From: Dictyostelium discoideum
Taxonomy: Eukaryota
Assembly (NCBI GenBank): GCA_000004695.1
Contig: CM000152.2
Location: 224,001 to 288,000 of the forward strand
Reading direction: 5' to 3'
Length of the DNA: 64,000 nt
In this document: piece by piece, positions 1-16,470 of the stretch
Numbering within the stretch: the stretch's first letter is position 1
How the letters are laid out: the number at the start of each line of letters is the position of its first letter
Notes under the pieces: generated by a model
What the model was told of the DNA's origin: nothing
The model's input: the letters and a program-made list of their open reading frames with translations, nothing else
Databases searched by the model: none
Translations under genes and position numbers: made by a program

Positions 1-1
1 A

Positions 2-223
2 TTACCATCACCACCACAATTACAATCACCACAATCATCTTTAAATCAATCTTTACAAATTCCATTACAACAACAACAACAAGTACAACAACAAAAGTTG
101 ACTACACATTATATATTACCACCTCAAAATACAAATTTAAGTGGAAAAAATCTTCAAAGATCATCAACATCAATGTTACTTAATAAATTACCACCACCAC
201 CATTTAGTTTTAATAAAAATTAA
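2..223 (+). CDS. 3' end of an upstream gene that starts before the window. It is a Q/P/S-rich tail ending in TAA at 221-223.
   Basis: An open frame begins at window position 2 and reads LPSPPQLQSPQSSLNQSLQIPLQQQQQVQQQKLTTHYILPPQNTNLSGKNLQRSSTSMLLNKLPPPPFSFNKN*. It has the CAA-rich codon usage typical of Dictyostelium coding DNA and is followed by an AT-rich 3' flank. Confidence 0.4.
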   Translation, partial: LPSPPQLQSPQSSLNQSLQIPLQQQQQVQQQKLTTHYILPPQNTNLSGKNLQRSSTSMLLNKLPPPPFSFNKN

Positions 224-442
224 AATATACATTTATATATATATAAAATTAATTCATATAAAAAAATTACTAAAAAAAAAAAAAAAAAAAATTACAAGCG
301 AATAAAATAGTTGGTAACTTACCAATACATCTTTTTTTAAATATATTATTATTTTCATTATTATTATCATTATTTTTATTTTTATTTTTAACGTATTTGA
401 TTTCTTAAATTAGTTGTTATCATCATTCCAATCATGTTTACA

Positions 443-470
443 AATCTGTGTGTGTGTGTGTATGTGTGTG
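443..470. repeat. (TG)n dinucleotide microsatellite in intergenic DNA
   Basis: The run tgtgtgtgtgtgtatgtgtgtg is read directly from the sequence. Confidence 0.9.
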
Positions 471-729
471 AATTTTGATCAATCATGAAAATAAGAAATA
501 AATAAAAAATAAATAAATAAAAAAATAACTGACATATATATATATTCGTATATGAATATAATTTAGATATTTTTTACTTTTCAAAAATAATTAATATTAA
601 TATTACTGGATTTTATTATTTTATTATTTTCATCCAATCACTGCCCGAGATTATTAGATTTTTATTTTGATTTATAATAATGTGTTTTTTTTAATTTTTT
701 TTTTTTTAAATCAAATTCTTATAAAAATA

Positions 730-760
<31 letters not shown>

Positions 761-998
761 TTGATTTCTCCACAGAATCTCATCAATTTTGTGTAAAACA
801 ACACAGTTTTTTTGGCAATTTAATTTTTTTTTATTTTTATTTTTATTTTTTTTTTTATTTTTGTTTTTTTTTTATTTTTTATTTTTTTAAAAAAAAAACA
901 CAAAAGGTTTTGGACAAACTGATAACCAAGTGAAAAAATAATAATTTTATTTTTAAAAAATCGACACCACAATATATAATTAATGTATTACATCATTA

Positions 999-1460
999 AT
1001 GATGGAAAATAATAATAATAATAATAGTGGCTCTAAAAATAGTGATGGTTCTTCTTTTTCCACTATAAATAACAATAATAATAATAATAATAATAATAAT
1101 AGTAATACTACTAATAGTAATAATAATAATAATTCTAATAATAATCATCCCAATTATTATAATGGCCCTCCAAATTATGGCAGCACAAATAACAGTTTTG
1201 ATGATTACGATAAAATATCTCAGTCAAATCACTTAAACAACAACAATAATAATATACATTCCAATAATAATAATAATAATAACAATAGCAATAGTAATAG
1301 TAATAATAATAACAATAGTAATAATAATGGTAATAATAATAATGGTAATAATAATAATGGTAATAATAATAATGGCAATAATAATAATAATGGCAATAAT
1401 AATAATGGCAATAATAATAATAATGGAAATAATAATGGTAATAATAATAATGGCCATGTA

Positions 1461-1546
<86 letters not shown>

Positions 1547-1559
1547 TAACAATAATAAT

Positions 1560-1618
<59 letters not shown>

Positions 1619-3095
1619 TCCAAGTTTTTTTAATCCAAATGATATTGGTTTATCCAATTCAAATATATCACCACCGATACCATCAAATATGAATGATCAT
1701 TTAAATAATGGCTCAAATGTACAGCAATCTTTAACCGAGCAATTAATTCAACCACCATTAAATACACTTTCATCTGCTACCTCTTCTCCAAAACTTTATA
1801 ATCATTTCCCTCATTCTTTACCACCAAATCAACAACAACAGCAACAGCAACAAACACCACCAACACCTCAACAACAACAGTCATTACTATCACCACCACC
1901 ACTGCCACCACCACCACCATCATCATCCAATTCTCATCCAACACCAAATTCATTAACAAGTTCAAATACCACCACCACTACTACTGCAATAGCAAATGGT
2001 AACAAAATGTCAGTTGCAGAATTTACTTCAAATCAAAATTTAACAATTCAATTACATTTATATCATCAACAATTGGAACAACAACATCAAAGAATGGCAT
2101 TTCTGGAACAACTAATTCAACAACAACAAATTGCATTAAATATAATATGTCCACACCTTTTTCAAGTTAATATGTATCAATTGATTCAGAATGATTTACA
2201 AAATCATATGACTTTACAACAACATCAACAATATTCACAACATCAACAACATTTACAACAACAACATAGTCATATGAATTTACAACAACAACAACAACAT
2301 CCACAACATCCACAACATCAACAACATCAACAACATCAACAACATCATCATCAACAGCATCAACAACAGCCTCCACATCCAAACTCACACCCACAACATC
2401 CAAATCAAAATCCACACCAAAATCCACAAATCCATCATTCACCAGCATATCACCTACAACAACAGCAACAGCAACAACAACAGCAACAACAACAACAACA
2501 CCATCACCACCACCAACAACACCAAAATACTCACCCTCAAAATCCACAGCATTCTCAACTTCAACATCAAAATATTCCACATCAACAACTACAACTACAA
2601 CAACACCACCAACAACACCACCAACAACAACACCAACAACACCAACAACAACACCAACAACAACAACAACAACCAACACCACATCATATATTTTTACAAA
2701 TGCAACAAATACAACAACAACAGCAACAACAAAATCATCAACATCCAAATCAAATGGTACATCATCAGCAAATGCCAAATAATATGAATTCAATGTCAAT
2801 GAATCATCAATCACCTCAAAACATACATGATCATCAACAACAACAATTAAAATTTGATGACAAAGAAAGAAACCTTTTATCAAATTCATCATCATCAAAG
2901 GTAAATACTGAACAACTTGAATCACCACCTTCATCATCATCATCATCAACAACAACCACAACAACAACCACAACACCATCATCTCACAAAGTTAGAAAAA
3001 CTATATCCAAACCTGATTCAAAACCTAGTAGTGAATTGGATCAAGAAACTGGAAAGAAAAAAAAATCCTCAAAAACTAAAAAAGTGACAAAATAA
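999..3095 (+). CDS. Low-complexity N/Q/H-rich hypothetical protein (698 aa) with prion-like poly-Asn and poly-Gln tracts. No recognisable catalytic domain.
   Basis: A single long ORF begins MMENNNNNN. It contains AAT runs (about 45 consecutive N), NNNNG repeats, QQHQQH and HPQHPQ repeats, and a C-terminal S/T/K-rich basic tail. Flanks are AT-rich. Confidence 0.5.
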
Positions 3096-3262
3096 ATCAA
3101 TCACCACACAACTAAAAAAACAAATCAATGTCTATAAAATAAAAGAGAAAAGGGAGAGAGGGAAGAAAAAAAAAAAAAAAAAAAAAAAAAAAACATATTT
3201 AAATATATATTTATAATATCATAATAATTAAGTTATTTAAACTAAATAAACGAATTACTAAC

Positions 3263-3295
<33 letters not shown>

Positions 3296-3596
3296 AAAAC
3301 ATAATATATACCATTTAAATTTCTAGCTTTTTAACTTCTGAAGTCCATAAAAATAATGAGAGAGAACCTGGAAATAATTTTTAATTTTTTTTTTTATATT
3401 TGATTTAAAAAGAATAGTAAACTTTTAAAAGGTAAAAAGAATAAAAAAATAAATTATAAACAAAATAAAATAAAATAAAATAAAAAATAAATTAATATAT
3501 TTATAACTTTTTTTTTTTTTTTTTTTAATTTATTAATTTTTTTAAAAACTAATTATCTGATATATATTCTAATTTTTTTATTATTTATTTATTATT

Positions 3597-4549
3597 TTAA
3601 TTTTCAGAACCATTAAATGCTTTAATATATTGACATGATTGTTTTTGATTTGGGTTTAATGAAGAAATTTCATCAGATTCAATGGCATCTTGATTATTTC
3701 TTGGATTATCTCTATTTAAATTCCACATAGAGATGAATCCTAAATTTTTCTCTTTTGAGAAATTTGAAATGACTTTAACATTTTCAAAAGATAATATTGA
3801 AGTATCAGGATTTTTACCAATCATTGGAGTAATTGCAATTCTTTGATATAATTGGTCATCATTTAGAGATGTATATAAAGAATTTAATTGATCTTTTAGA
3901 TTTTTAATAACACTAATAATATCTTTATCCATATTATTCTTCCAATCATCATTATAAAATCCCATTGTAATTAAATTAATAATTAAATTATTTTTATTAT
4001 TGTTATTATTATTAAGTAATTGATTTTCTTTAACTTTTGAAATTATTGACATACCAGTTGGATTTAAACCATGAGTTGATGCTGGTAATGTTATACTAAT
4101 TATTAATTGTGGATATTTTTCAATTACTTTTTTTAATGCTTTTAATATGAAATCAACATTATTTAAACTACCCATTAAACAAATATCCAAATGATCAATT
4201 TCATACATTTCAATTGCTTCAATATAAATTTTTTCCAATTGTTCAATTGAGAATTTACTTGAAACATCTTGAGTTGATTCATTAATTCCACCAAATGAGA
4301 TACCAACTCTTTTACCAGAATCTTTAAGTACTTTTGATAATGGTAGTGCCCAATTCATTGGAATTTGATCATGACCACTCCAACATGCATTTCCATTTGA
4401 TGATAATGTTAATCCACTTAAAATAACACCTTTTAAACCATTTTCAAAAATTTGTTTTGTATAAATTGAATTTGGTCTACCATGTTCTTTAAATTTTTTA
4501 TCTATAAAATTTTAAAACATAATATTTTAATTAATAAAAATAATTTCCA

Positions 4550-4582
<33 letters not shown>

Positions 4583-4670
4583 TAAATATAAAATAACTAT
4601 TATTAATACAAATACCATCACTCCATTCTACATTTACTGCAACATTAATAAATGGATAAAATCCTGACAT
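3597..4670 (-). CDS. Glycoside-hydrolase family 18 (class III chitinase-like) protein. It is a two-exon gene, about 319 aa, and may be catalytically inactive.
   Basis: Exon 1 (4670..4616) encodes MSGFYPFINVAVNVEWSD. The donor is GATG|GTATTT and the intron is about 114 nt and AT-rich. The acceptor is ttttatag at 4502-4503, and exon 2 (4501..3597) is in phase. The spliced protein reads ...DKKFKEHGRPNSIYTKQIFENGLKGVILSGLTLSSNGNACWSGHDQIPMNWALP...KRVGISFGG...EIDHLDICLMGS, with a GH18-like (K/R)xxxSxGG strand motif. The DGxDxDxE catalytic motif is degenerate (DHLDICL), which is why it may be inactive. Confidence 0.5.
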
Positions 4671-5026
4671 TATTTATTAATTATTATTTAATATAAATAT
4701 TAAATATAATGAAAAAAAAAAAAAAAAAAAAAAAGATAACGGACATAATTTTTAAATAATAATAATAATTAAAACCAATTTGAAAAAAAAAAGTTTAGAT
4801 CCACCAAATTGGTAAAAAAAAAAAAAAAAAAAAAAAAATTGATCTTTTGTTTTGAAACAATTGTAAAAGAGGAAATATAAAATTGAGAACACACAAAATA
4901 TTTTATTGTTTTTTTTTCTTTTTTTTTTTTTTTTTTTTTAAAAATCTTTTTTTTCAAACCCACTTCCTAAATGGGATTGATAACTAATATTATAAATATA
5001 TTTTTTTTTTTTTTTTTTTTTTTTTA

Positions 5027-8659
<3,633 letters not shown>

Positions 8660-9453
8660 CTTTTATTTGTTTAAAATTAATTAATTATTTATTTTTTATA
8701 AAAAACTAAAATGAATTTATAAAAAAACAATGAACAAAATAAAAAAAATAAATAAAAAATAAAAAAATATATTTTATAATTTTTATTAAAAAAAAAAAAA
8801 TAAAAATAAAAAAAAAAAATATAATAAAAAAAAAAAAATAAAAAAAAGGCGGGAAATTTCTGGAAATAAATTATGACAAAAAAAAAAAAAAAAAAAAAAC
8901 AGAATAAAGTAAAATAAACCCTCTTCCATCTTAAAACAATATTAAAATATCCCTTGAAAAATAAATTAAATAAATACCTAAAAAAAAATAAAAATAAAAA
9001 TAAAAATAATAAAAACTAGTAATAATTTTATTTCTGTTTTAAAAAATATTATCCTAAATAATAAATCTATGGATTGTTTTTTTATTTTTTTATTTTTTTT
9101 TTTTTTTGGTAAAAGAGAAAGAGATAATTTAATTCTACAAAAATATAATTTTTTTTTTTTTTTTACTTATTGGTCACATAAACTACTTCCAAAATAATTT
9201 TTTGTTCTTTTTTTTAATAACAAATTTTTATTTTTTAATCCAAAAAAAAAGAACAAAAAACTATCAGGGAAATGGTTTTGGATTGTTAAATAAAAAAAAA
9301 AAAAATAATAATAAAAAAATTCTTGTATAAAATTTTATTAACTAATATGCATATCTATCTCTCGACCGCTAACCTTTTTGGGTTCAAAAAAATAAAAAAA
9401 AAAATAAAAATAAAAATAAAAAAATAAAAAAACCAAAACCAAAAATAAAATAA

Positions 9454-9484
<31 letters not shown>

Positions 9485-9702
9485 TAAAAAAAAAATAAAA
9501 AAAAAAAAGTTTTCTTTAAAATTGCAAGAGTGGTGATATTATTATTTTTTATTAAAAAAAAAAAAAGTAAAAAAAATAGTAAAAACAAAGAATAAAAAAG
9601 ATAGTTATAATTACAAAAATTAAAAAAAAAAAAAAAAAAAAAGAAACACGCAAATCCTATATAGATAATATAAAAATATATACAAAAAAATAAAAGTATA
9701 AA

Positions 9703-10872
9703 ATGAGTCAACAAACAACAGACTCACCATTATCTCCAAATGAATTATCACAATCTACCAATATTAATAAAAGTATAGAGCAAAACTCACCAAATTATAG
9801 ACTTTTATTCGAATAGTATGTATACTATTCTCTCATTAAATTTTAAATTATGATGAAACAGTTTGGTGTTTCATCATAACACATAATAATAATAATAAAA
9901 ATAAAAAAAGGTACTAATTTCTTTCCTCAAAAATAAACTATTAACACAATTCTAGTAAAAAACTTTCAGATTTAATGATTAGAGGACTATATGTCATACC
10001 CTCATTCAATTCAATTCATGGTAATAATTAAACAAAACAATACTAATAAAAATAATAATAATAAATAAAACTAATATAAATATATTTTTAAATAGAATGG
10101 CATTGTGTATTATTTATTAGAAATAGAATATATAGATCAGCAATTATTAGATTTAATGTAGTTATACCTGACGAGTAAAATATCCACTATATTATATTAA
10201 AAAAAAAAAAAAAAAAAAATTATTGAGAGAATAATAATTAATTAACATACCCCCTCACCCCCCTCACACCAAAAAAAAAAATTTCATTTTAGTTTTCCAG
10301 AATCATGCCCATCTATTAAATTTTTAACACCAATATTTCATCCATTAATTGGGCCAGAAGGAGAAATTGATTTATCACATCAATTCCCTGACTGGTCAGC
10401 AGAAAAGTATATGATTGCACATGTGTTGTGTTATATTAAAAGTATTTTCCATAATCCTGATAAATATGATTTCCCACCTCTAAATACCGATGCCCATAAT
10501 TTGTAAGTAATAGTATTATTTTCACTTTTATTTTACCATTCCTTAAACTTGTTGTAACTAATTAACACTTTAAAACCTCAATAAAAAAAATACAATAAAC
10601 AAATAATAATAATAATAATAATAATATATATAATTAAAAGAATGAAAAATAATCCAGACTCATTCCAAAAAAGAGTTTCTGAATATGTAGAAGATTCTAT
10701 TAAAAATGTTTATGATAATCCCCAAGATAATGCAATTTGTTTTTCAAAGGAATGGAAAGATAAAAATCAATTAGAAAATGCAAAAAAACAAATTTTCAAA
10801 AAAGATGTTGGTTTAATAGATCAATTGTCTGAACTGTATTCAAAATCAAAATTAAAAGACTTATTTAAATAA
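9703..10872 (+). CDS. UEV/AKTIP(FTS)-like ubiquitin-conjugating-enzyme variant, a UBC fold lacking the catalytic Cys. It is a five-exon gene, about 232 aa.
   Basis: Exons: 9703..9815 (donor GTATGT), 9956..10020 (donor GTAATA), 10096..10174 (donor GTAAAA), 10293..10502 (donor GTAAGT) and 10641..10872. All junctions are phase-consistent. The spliced product is MSQQTTDSPLSPNELSQSTNINKSIEQNSPNYRLLFEYKKLSDLMIRGLYVIPSFNSIHGEWHCVLFIRNRIYRSAIIRFNVVIPDEDFPESCPSIKFLTPIFHPLIGPEGEIDLSHQFPDWSAEKYMIAHVLCYIKSIFHNPDKY...MKNNPDSFQKRV... This follows the UBC-fold pattern (RLxxE...W...GP...YP..PP.v.F.t.i.HPxi...G). The HPN...C active-site Cys is absent (HPLIGPEGEIDL), which is the UEV/AKTIP signature. Confidence 0.6.
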
Positions 10873-11157
10873 AAAAAAAAAAAAAAAAAAAACAAAATAA
10901 TATAATATAATAAAAAAAAATAAAAAAAAGAAAAAAAAAAAATATAAAAAAATTAAAAATAGAAAAAAACTTTTAAAGTTTTTTTTTTTTTAGAAAAATT
11001 TATTATATTTAATTTTATTTTTAGATTTAAAGAGAGAGAATGAAAAAATTTGATAATTAGGCATGGATAAAGTTTTTTTTTTTTTTTTTTTTTTTTTTTT
11101 CTGTTTTTTTTGTTAGGAGTTTTTCTGTTTTTTTTTTTATTATTTATGGCATTCGTT

Positions 11158-11203
<46 letters not shown>

Positions 11204-11234
11204 CAAAAGGAATATTATTATTATTATTAATTAT

Positions 11235-12563
11235 TTATTCAAATCTTTGTTTTTTCGATTTATTTGGAACTGATTTTTTCCATTGCTTAACATTAACATT
11301 AATGAGTGATTGGAGTACAACTTCATTTGTGAGTGGATTTGTAAGGGTAAAGTGAAAGTAGAGTGGGATATGAGAGTTATGACCACTGCAACACATTGGC
11401 TTTAAGGAGAGAGTGAAACCACCATCTTTGACACGAGTTAATATGTTATTTTTGACCAAAAGAACTTTACCTTTTGCATGTGGATTAGCGGAAAAGTAAG
11501 ATTTGGTTTGATAATATTCGGTACAGATTTTACAGTTGTAAATTGGATTTAAATGTCCATCGTAGACATTGCCATCCAAAATCAAAGCTTTCTCATTGAC
11601 ATCTGGTTGTTGTTTGAATCTCTTTGCATTACCACTGTAACCGAGTGAAGGATGAATGTAGATACGATAGGATTCATATTTACTCATGGCTTGTGGATTA
11701 TTGAATGCGAGGAAACGTTGAGAATCAAAGATACCGGTTTTATCATCGATTTGTGTGATTGGTAATGAAGTGTCTGGGAATGATGGTAATTTGAATTGGA
11801 TTGGTTGGTAGTAGTTTCTATGCATTGGTTCGAGGAGATTCCAACATGCCTTGTGTCTGCCTGGTTCACCGGCCAAGTATGGTTCAAAGAAAACGACATT
11901 GGAACGAACGGAAATTGGTGGATTAATTTCATTTTGTTTTTGTAAACTTGATGGATCTAAACCACTCTCCCAATGTTGAGCACCCATTGGACTTTCTGGT
12001 AAACAAATTGGTGATGATGGTGACATTTGATTATGTGAATCTGGTGATGATAAATCTAAGAATGCTGAATTTACAATTTGTGTATTATTACCATTTCCAT
12101 TTTGTTGATGTTGTTGATGTTGATGATGATGTTGTTGTTGTTGTTGTTGTTGTAAATGATGATGACCTTCCATTTTTAAACTAGGATGACTAATAACTAA
12201 ACTTGCTTGATTACCAATTGGCATGTTGTTATTATTATTATTAGCACCTCTACCTTTCTTTTGATTAATGTTACATGGTTTGCCAATATTAAATTGTTGT
12301 TGTAATTGTTGTTGTTGTAATTGTTGTTGTTGTTGTTGGTGTTGTTGTAATTGTTGTTGTTGTTGTAGTTGTTGTTGTTGTTGTTGTTGATTTGAATTTT
12401 GGAGTTGGTTTTGGAATTGTAAAAAGTTGTGGAAGTTTAAGTTACCATTGTTATTATTGTTGTTGTTATTATTATTATGGTTGTTATTGTTAACAAATCC
12501 TCCATTAAACATACCACCATTGTTGCCGTTGTTGTTGTTGCTGTTGTTGTTGTTATTATTACT

Positions 12564-12629
<66 letters not shown>

Positions 12630-12893
12630 GTTCATGATTGAGTTGTAGTCAATGTTAGAGCCATTGAACATGAAATCAGAGAAACCACTGGCATTATTGT
12701 TTCCATTGTTGCTATTGCTATTACCATTGTTGTTATTATTATTTTGTGGCCAAGCTTGTGGTGGTAAAATAGAAGAACTTGAATTACCTTTCATTGGAGC
12801 AGAGAGAACAACACCATAATTTGGAACATAGTAGGATGGAACAGAGTAAATCAATGGTGATGAGTTTTGGTTCGATGATAATTGTTGTTGTTG

Positions 12894-12933
<40 letters not shown>

Positions 12934-13337
12934 GTGTTGTTGCTATTGTTATTGGACTCATCATTTGGAGTAGTTGGTTCAGAACGAACATTGTTATTGT
13001 TGTTGCTGCTACCATTGTTGTTGTTGTTGTTGTTGCTGCTGTTAGCAGAGTTTTGATTAGAGAAATTAAAACTTGGTACCATTGATGATTGATTATCAGA
13101 TTGTGGTGATTGGTAATTATTTTGTGGTGATGGTACTGAATCACTATTGTTATTATTATTATTATTACTATTATTATTATTATTATTGTTGTGATTGTTG
13201 TTGTTATTACCATTATTATTACCATTATTATTACCACCATTTGAGTTATTTGATTTTTCATTACCATCTTTTGGCATGTTAATGATATCAGAACACCTAA
13301 TATATATAATTTTTTTTTTTTTTATGTTAGTAATTTT

Positions 13338-13372
<35 letters not shown>

Positions 13373-13989
13373 TTTGTATTTTTTTTTTTTTTTTCTTTGT
13401 TTCTAAAAATATATATTTACCATTCAAAATAATCAGGAACAGAAGAGTTTAATAAGATATCGGCCATTGTTGATTTTTGATCAGGTGTATTGCTATTGCT
13501 ATTACCGTTATTATTGTTATTATTTTGACTACTAATAATTAAATTAATTAAATTTTGATGGGCGATTGACGATGAAGAACCGTTAAAAATATTACTAGAT
13601 AATAAAGCTGATTTTAAGGAATCGAGGTTTTCTGAATTACTAGTATTATTATTATTACTATTGTTGTTGTTGTTGTTGTTGTTGTGGTTATGAATACTGT
13701 TTAAGTTATTTTGGTTTTGAAAAGAATTTTGGTTGTTGCTATTTAATAAATTATTATTATTATTATTAATAATATTATTATTTGAATTATTATTAATTGA
13801 GTTGTTATTTGTATTATAAATAATATTATTTTTAAAAAATGTATTTTTCAAAAGGTTTCCGGTATTAATATTAGTGTTATTATTAATATTATTAATATTA
13901 TTATTATTATTAGTATTATTAATGTTGGTGTTGCAAGAAGATAATGAAGGGAATTGAGTTGTTGAATAAAGCTGCTCTATTGAGGACAT
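11235..13989 (-). CDS. Two-exon gene for an N/Q-rich nuclear-type protein (about 870 aa) with a conserved C-terminal globular domain, possibly DNA-binding.
   Basis: Exon 1 (13989..13421) encodes [19 protein letters not shown]...[15 protein letters not shown]. The donor GAATG|GTAAAT sits exactly where the 190-aa ORF hits its stop. The intron (13420..13297) is 124 nt and AT-rich, and the acceptor is tatattag|GTGTTC. Exon 2 (13296..11235) continues in phase as (W)[15 protein letters not shown]... The 5' extension of the 730-aa ORF ([16 protein letters not shown]...) is an intron/poly-A read-through artefact. The low-complexity C-terminal part (...[18 protein letters not shown]...[22 protein letters not shown]...[28 protein letters not shown]...[17 protein letters not shown]...) looks globular and Cys/His-containing. 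Confidence 0.55.
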
Positions 13990-14755
13990 TTTTAGTTTGT
14001 ATACGTGTGTCTAGTAATGATTGGCCAAATTTAAATAATTCTAGAATTTTATGTGAATGAGTTAATATGTATAATTTAAATTCTAATCTTGTTGGGTGTG
14101 TGGGTTTTTTTATTTTTTTTTTTATTTTTTGTTTTTTTTTTTTGTTTTTTGTTTTTTTTTTGTTTTATTGTAAAGAAATTATATGGGTGGTGGGATATTT
14201 TTGAAATTTTTTTTTTTTTTTTTTTAAAATTTTTTTTTTTTTTTTTTAGTTATATTTAACTATTTTATTAAGGAGAACGATCTGTTTAAAAATACAATCG
14301 CTATTGGATGAATTGTTGAGTAAAATGTGTGAGGGGGTTTTACAAACAAATCTAATATATTTATAAAAGTAAAAAAAATAATAATAATAATAGTAAATAA
14401 ATAATTTAACTATAATATATTATTAATTATAATATTGCTATTTTTGTTTTGTTTGAACTAATTGGGAAAAAGATTTTAGGCAGAGATAAATAGGTGGATT
14501 GGTTCTTAAAAATATTATTTATCTATATTTATAAATATAAATAGAAATTTATGTATGTGTCTAAATATAAATAGAAATATATTTATGTGTGTGTATGTGG
14601 GGGTGTGCGTGTGTTTATTTGTATTTGGACTTGAGAAAAAAAAAAAAAAAAAAAAAAAAAAATTAAAAGAATAAGGTGGACACAATAATATATAGATATA
14701 TTTATATAAATAAATATACAATGAAATTATTTGATAAAGAGTATACGCGAGTAAT

Positions 14756-14815
14756 TTATCTATTTTTATTTTTATTTTTATTTTTATTTTTATTTTTATT
14801 TTTATTTTTATTTTT
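14756..14815. repeat. (TTTTTA)n minisatellite, about 10 units, intergenic
   Basis: The run tttttatttttatttttattttt... is read directly from the sequence. Confidence 0.9.
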
Positions 14816-16335
14816 GATTTGTAATAAAGTAAAACTACAAAGGGTAATAATAATAATAATAATTATGTAATAAAAAAAAAAAAAAAAATAATAATAATAG
14901 AAAGATAGAAATGGGCGTGAAATTGAAAATACAATGAAAAAGGAATGATAGATTTAAAATAAATATAAATTTTAAATCTTTATCAAATTATTACAATTTA
15001 TATTTCAACAACAATGCACCACAATTATTTTTATTTTTATTTTTATTTTTATTATTTATTTTTATTTGTAAATATTTTATTTGTTTTTTTTTTTTTTTTT
15101 ATTTTGTTTTGTTTAATTTTATTTTATTTTATTTTATTTTTTTTAGGTTTTTTTTTTTTTTTTTGGGTTTTTTTTTTTTTTTTTTTTGGGTTTTATAGGT
15201 TTGCAAAAATTAATAAAATAAATAAAAAAATAAAAAAAATAAAAAAAAAATAAAAATAAAACTCTGATCCTGATGATGATAATTACTTTTGCTATTTTTT
15301 TTGTTTATTTTTTTTTTTTTTTTTTTTTTTGTTTAATGATATATTAATTTATTTTTATTTATTTATTTTTTTTTTTTTTATTTTTATTTTTGTGTGTTAA
15401 TTAGTTTACTAAAATTTTTTTTTTTTTTTACAGGTTTTTTGGAAAAAAATAAATCAAAAAAAAAAAAATAAAAATTAAAAAAAAAAAAAAAAATTAAAAA
15501 AAAAATTGAAAAAAAAAAATTGGAAAAAAAAAAAAAAAATTAAAAAAAAAAAAAATTATCATAATAATGTGGTTTTTTTTTTTGGTGTGTCGGTTGGTAT
15601 TAAAAAAAAAAAAATTATCAGTTGAATTATGTTATATATTTATTCTCTGTAACCATTTATAACCTTATTTTAATTTAATTAATTTTATTTTTATTTTTAT
15701 TTTTATTTATTATTACTATTATTTTTATTTTTTTTATTTATTTATTTATTTATTTATTTATTATTCATTTATTATTTACCTTTTTTATTTTTTTGGTGTA
15801 TTAATAAGTGTTTTTTTTTTTTTTTTATATTATTTTTTTTTTTTTTTAAATCTGGAAATTTTTTTTTTTTTACTTTTTTTATTTTATTTTTTTTTAATTT
15901 TTATTTTATTTTTTAATTTTTAATTTTTATTATTATGATCAAAATTCTATTTTTAAATTTTTGATGTCTTCAACATGGCACCTTTATGATGACCATCACA
16001 GAAAATTCAATTTCAAATGAGAATTCCTATAAGAAAAAAAATAAATTATAAAATTATTGATGATGTGGTCGAACTTTGAATTATTAAAATGGAGTGAAAT
16101 AAAAAAATAATAAAGTGGAACTTATAAAATTCCATCATCTCATTCCACGACACCCAATTTGGAATAGAAATGGTAGATCAAAATATCAGTTTGAGTGTAT
16201 GGATTAGATTAGTTTTTTTGTATAAAATTTTTTATGAAAAAAAGATTTTTTCATGATTCCTCGAATAAATGAAATTAAGTTTTTTTTTTATAAAAAAAAA
16301 TTAAAAATAAAAAAATAAAAATAAAAAAAATAAAA

Positions 16336-16381
<46 letters not shown>

Positions 16382-16470
16382 TGGGGTTGGACAAAAATAA
16401 AATTTTTAAAATAGTCATAAATACACACACGCACGCTCACTGGCGCTCAGATCATAATTCAAATAATAAG

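Noticed and set aside
1229-1657. Poly-Leu / poly-Ile minus-strand ORFs overlapping the 999..3095 gene, and similar poly-V/L/I/F/M ORFs (e.g. 6211..6408, 6718..6945, 12427..12648, 34258..34608, 45735..46088, 61877..62263)
   Set aside because: They are alternative-frame or antisense translations of the same trinucleotide repeats that encode N/Q/E/S on the real coding strand. They have no start context and no complexity.
13278-13427. N-terminal extension [29 protein letters not shown] of the 730-aa ORF, and the TTG start at 16381 of the first EXD2-like ORF
   Set aside because: Both are read-through of poly(A)-rich intron or 5' flank. The true boundaries are the splice acceptor at 13296 and the ATG at 16471.
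14000-16380. Possible tRNA or small RNA in the long AT-rich spacer, especially the slightly GC-richer islands at 15960-16200
   Set aside because: I could not assemble a cloverleaf with acceptor stem, anticodon loop and T-loop GTTC. It looks like promoter or spacer DNA.
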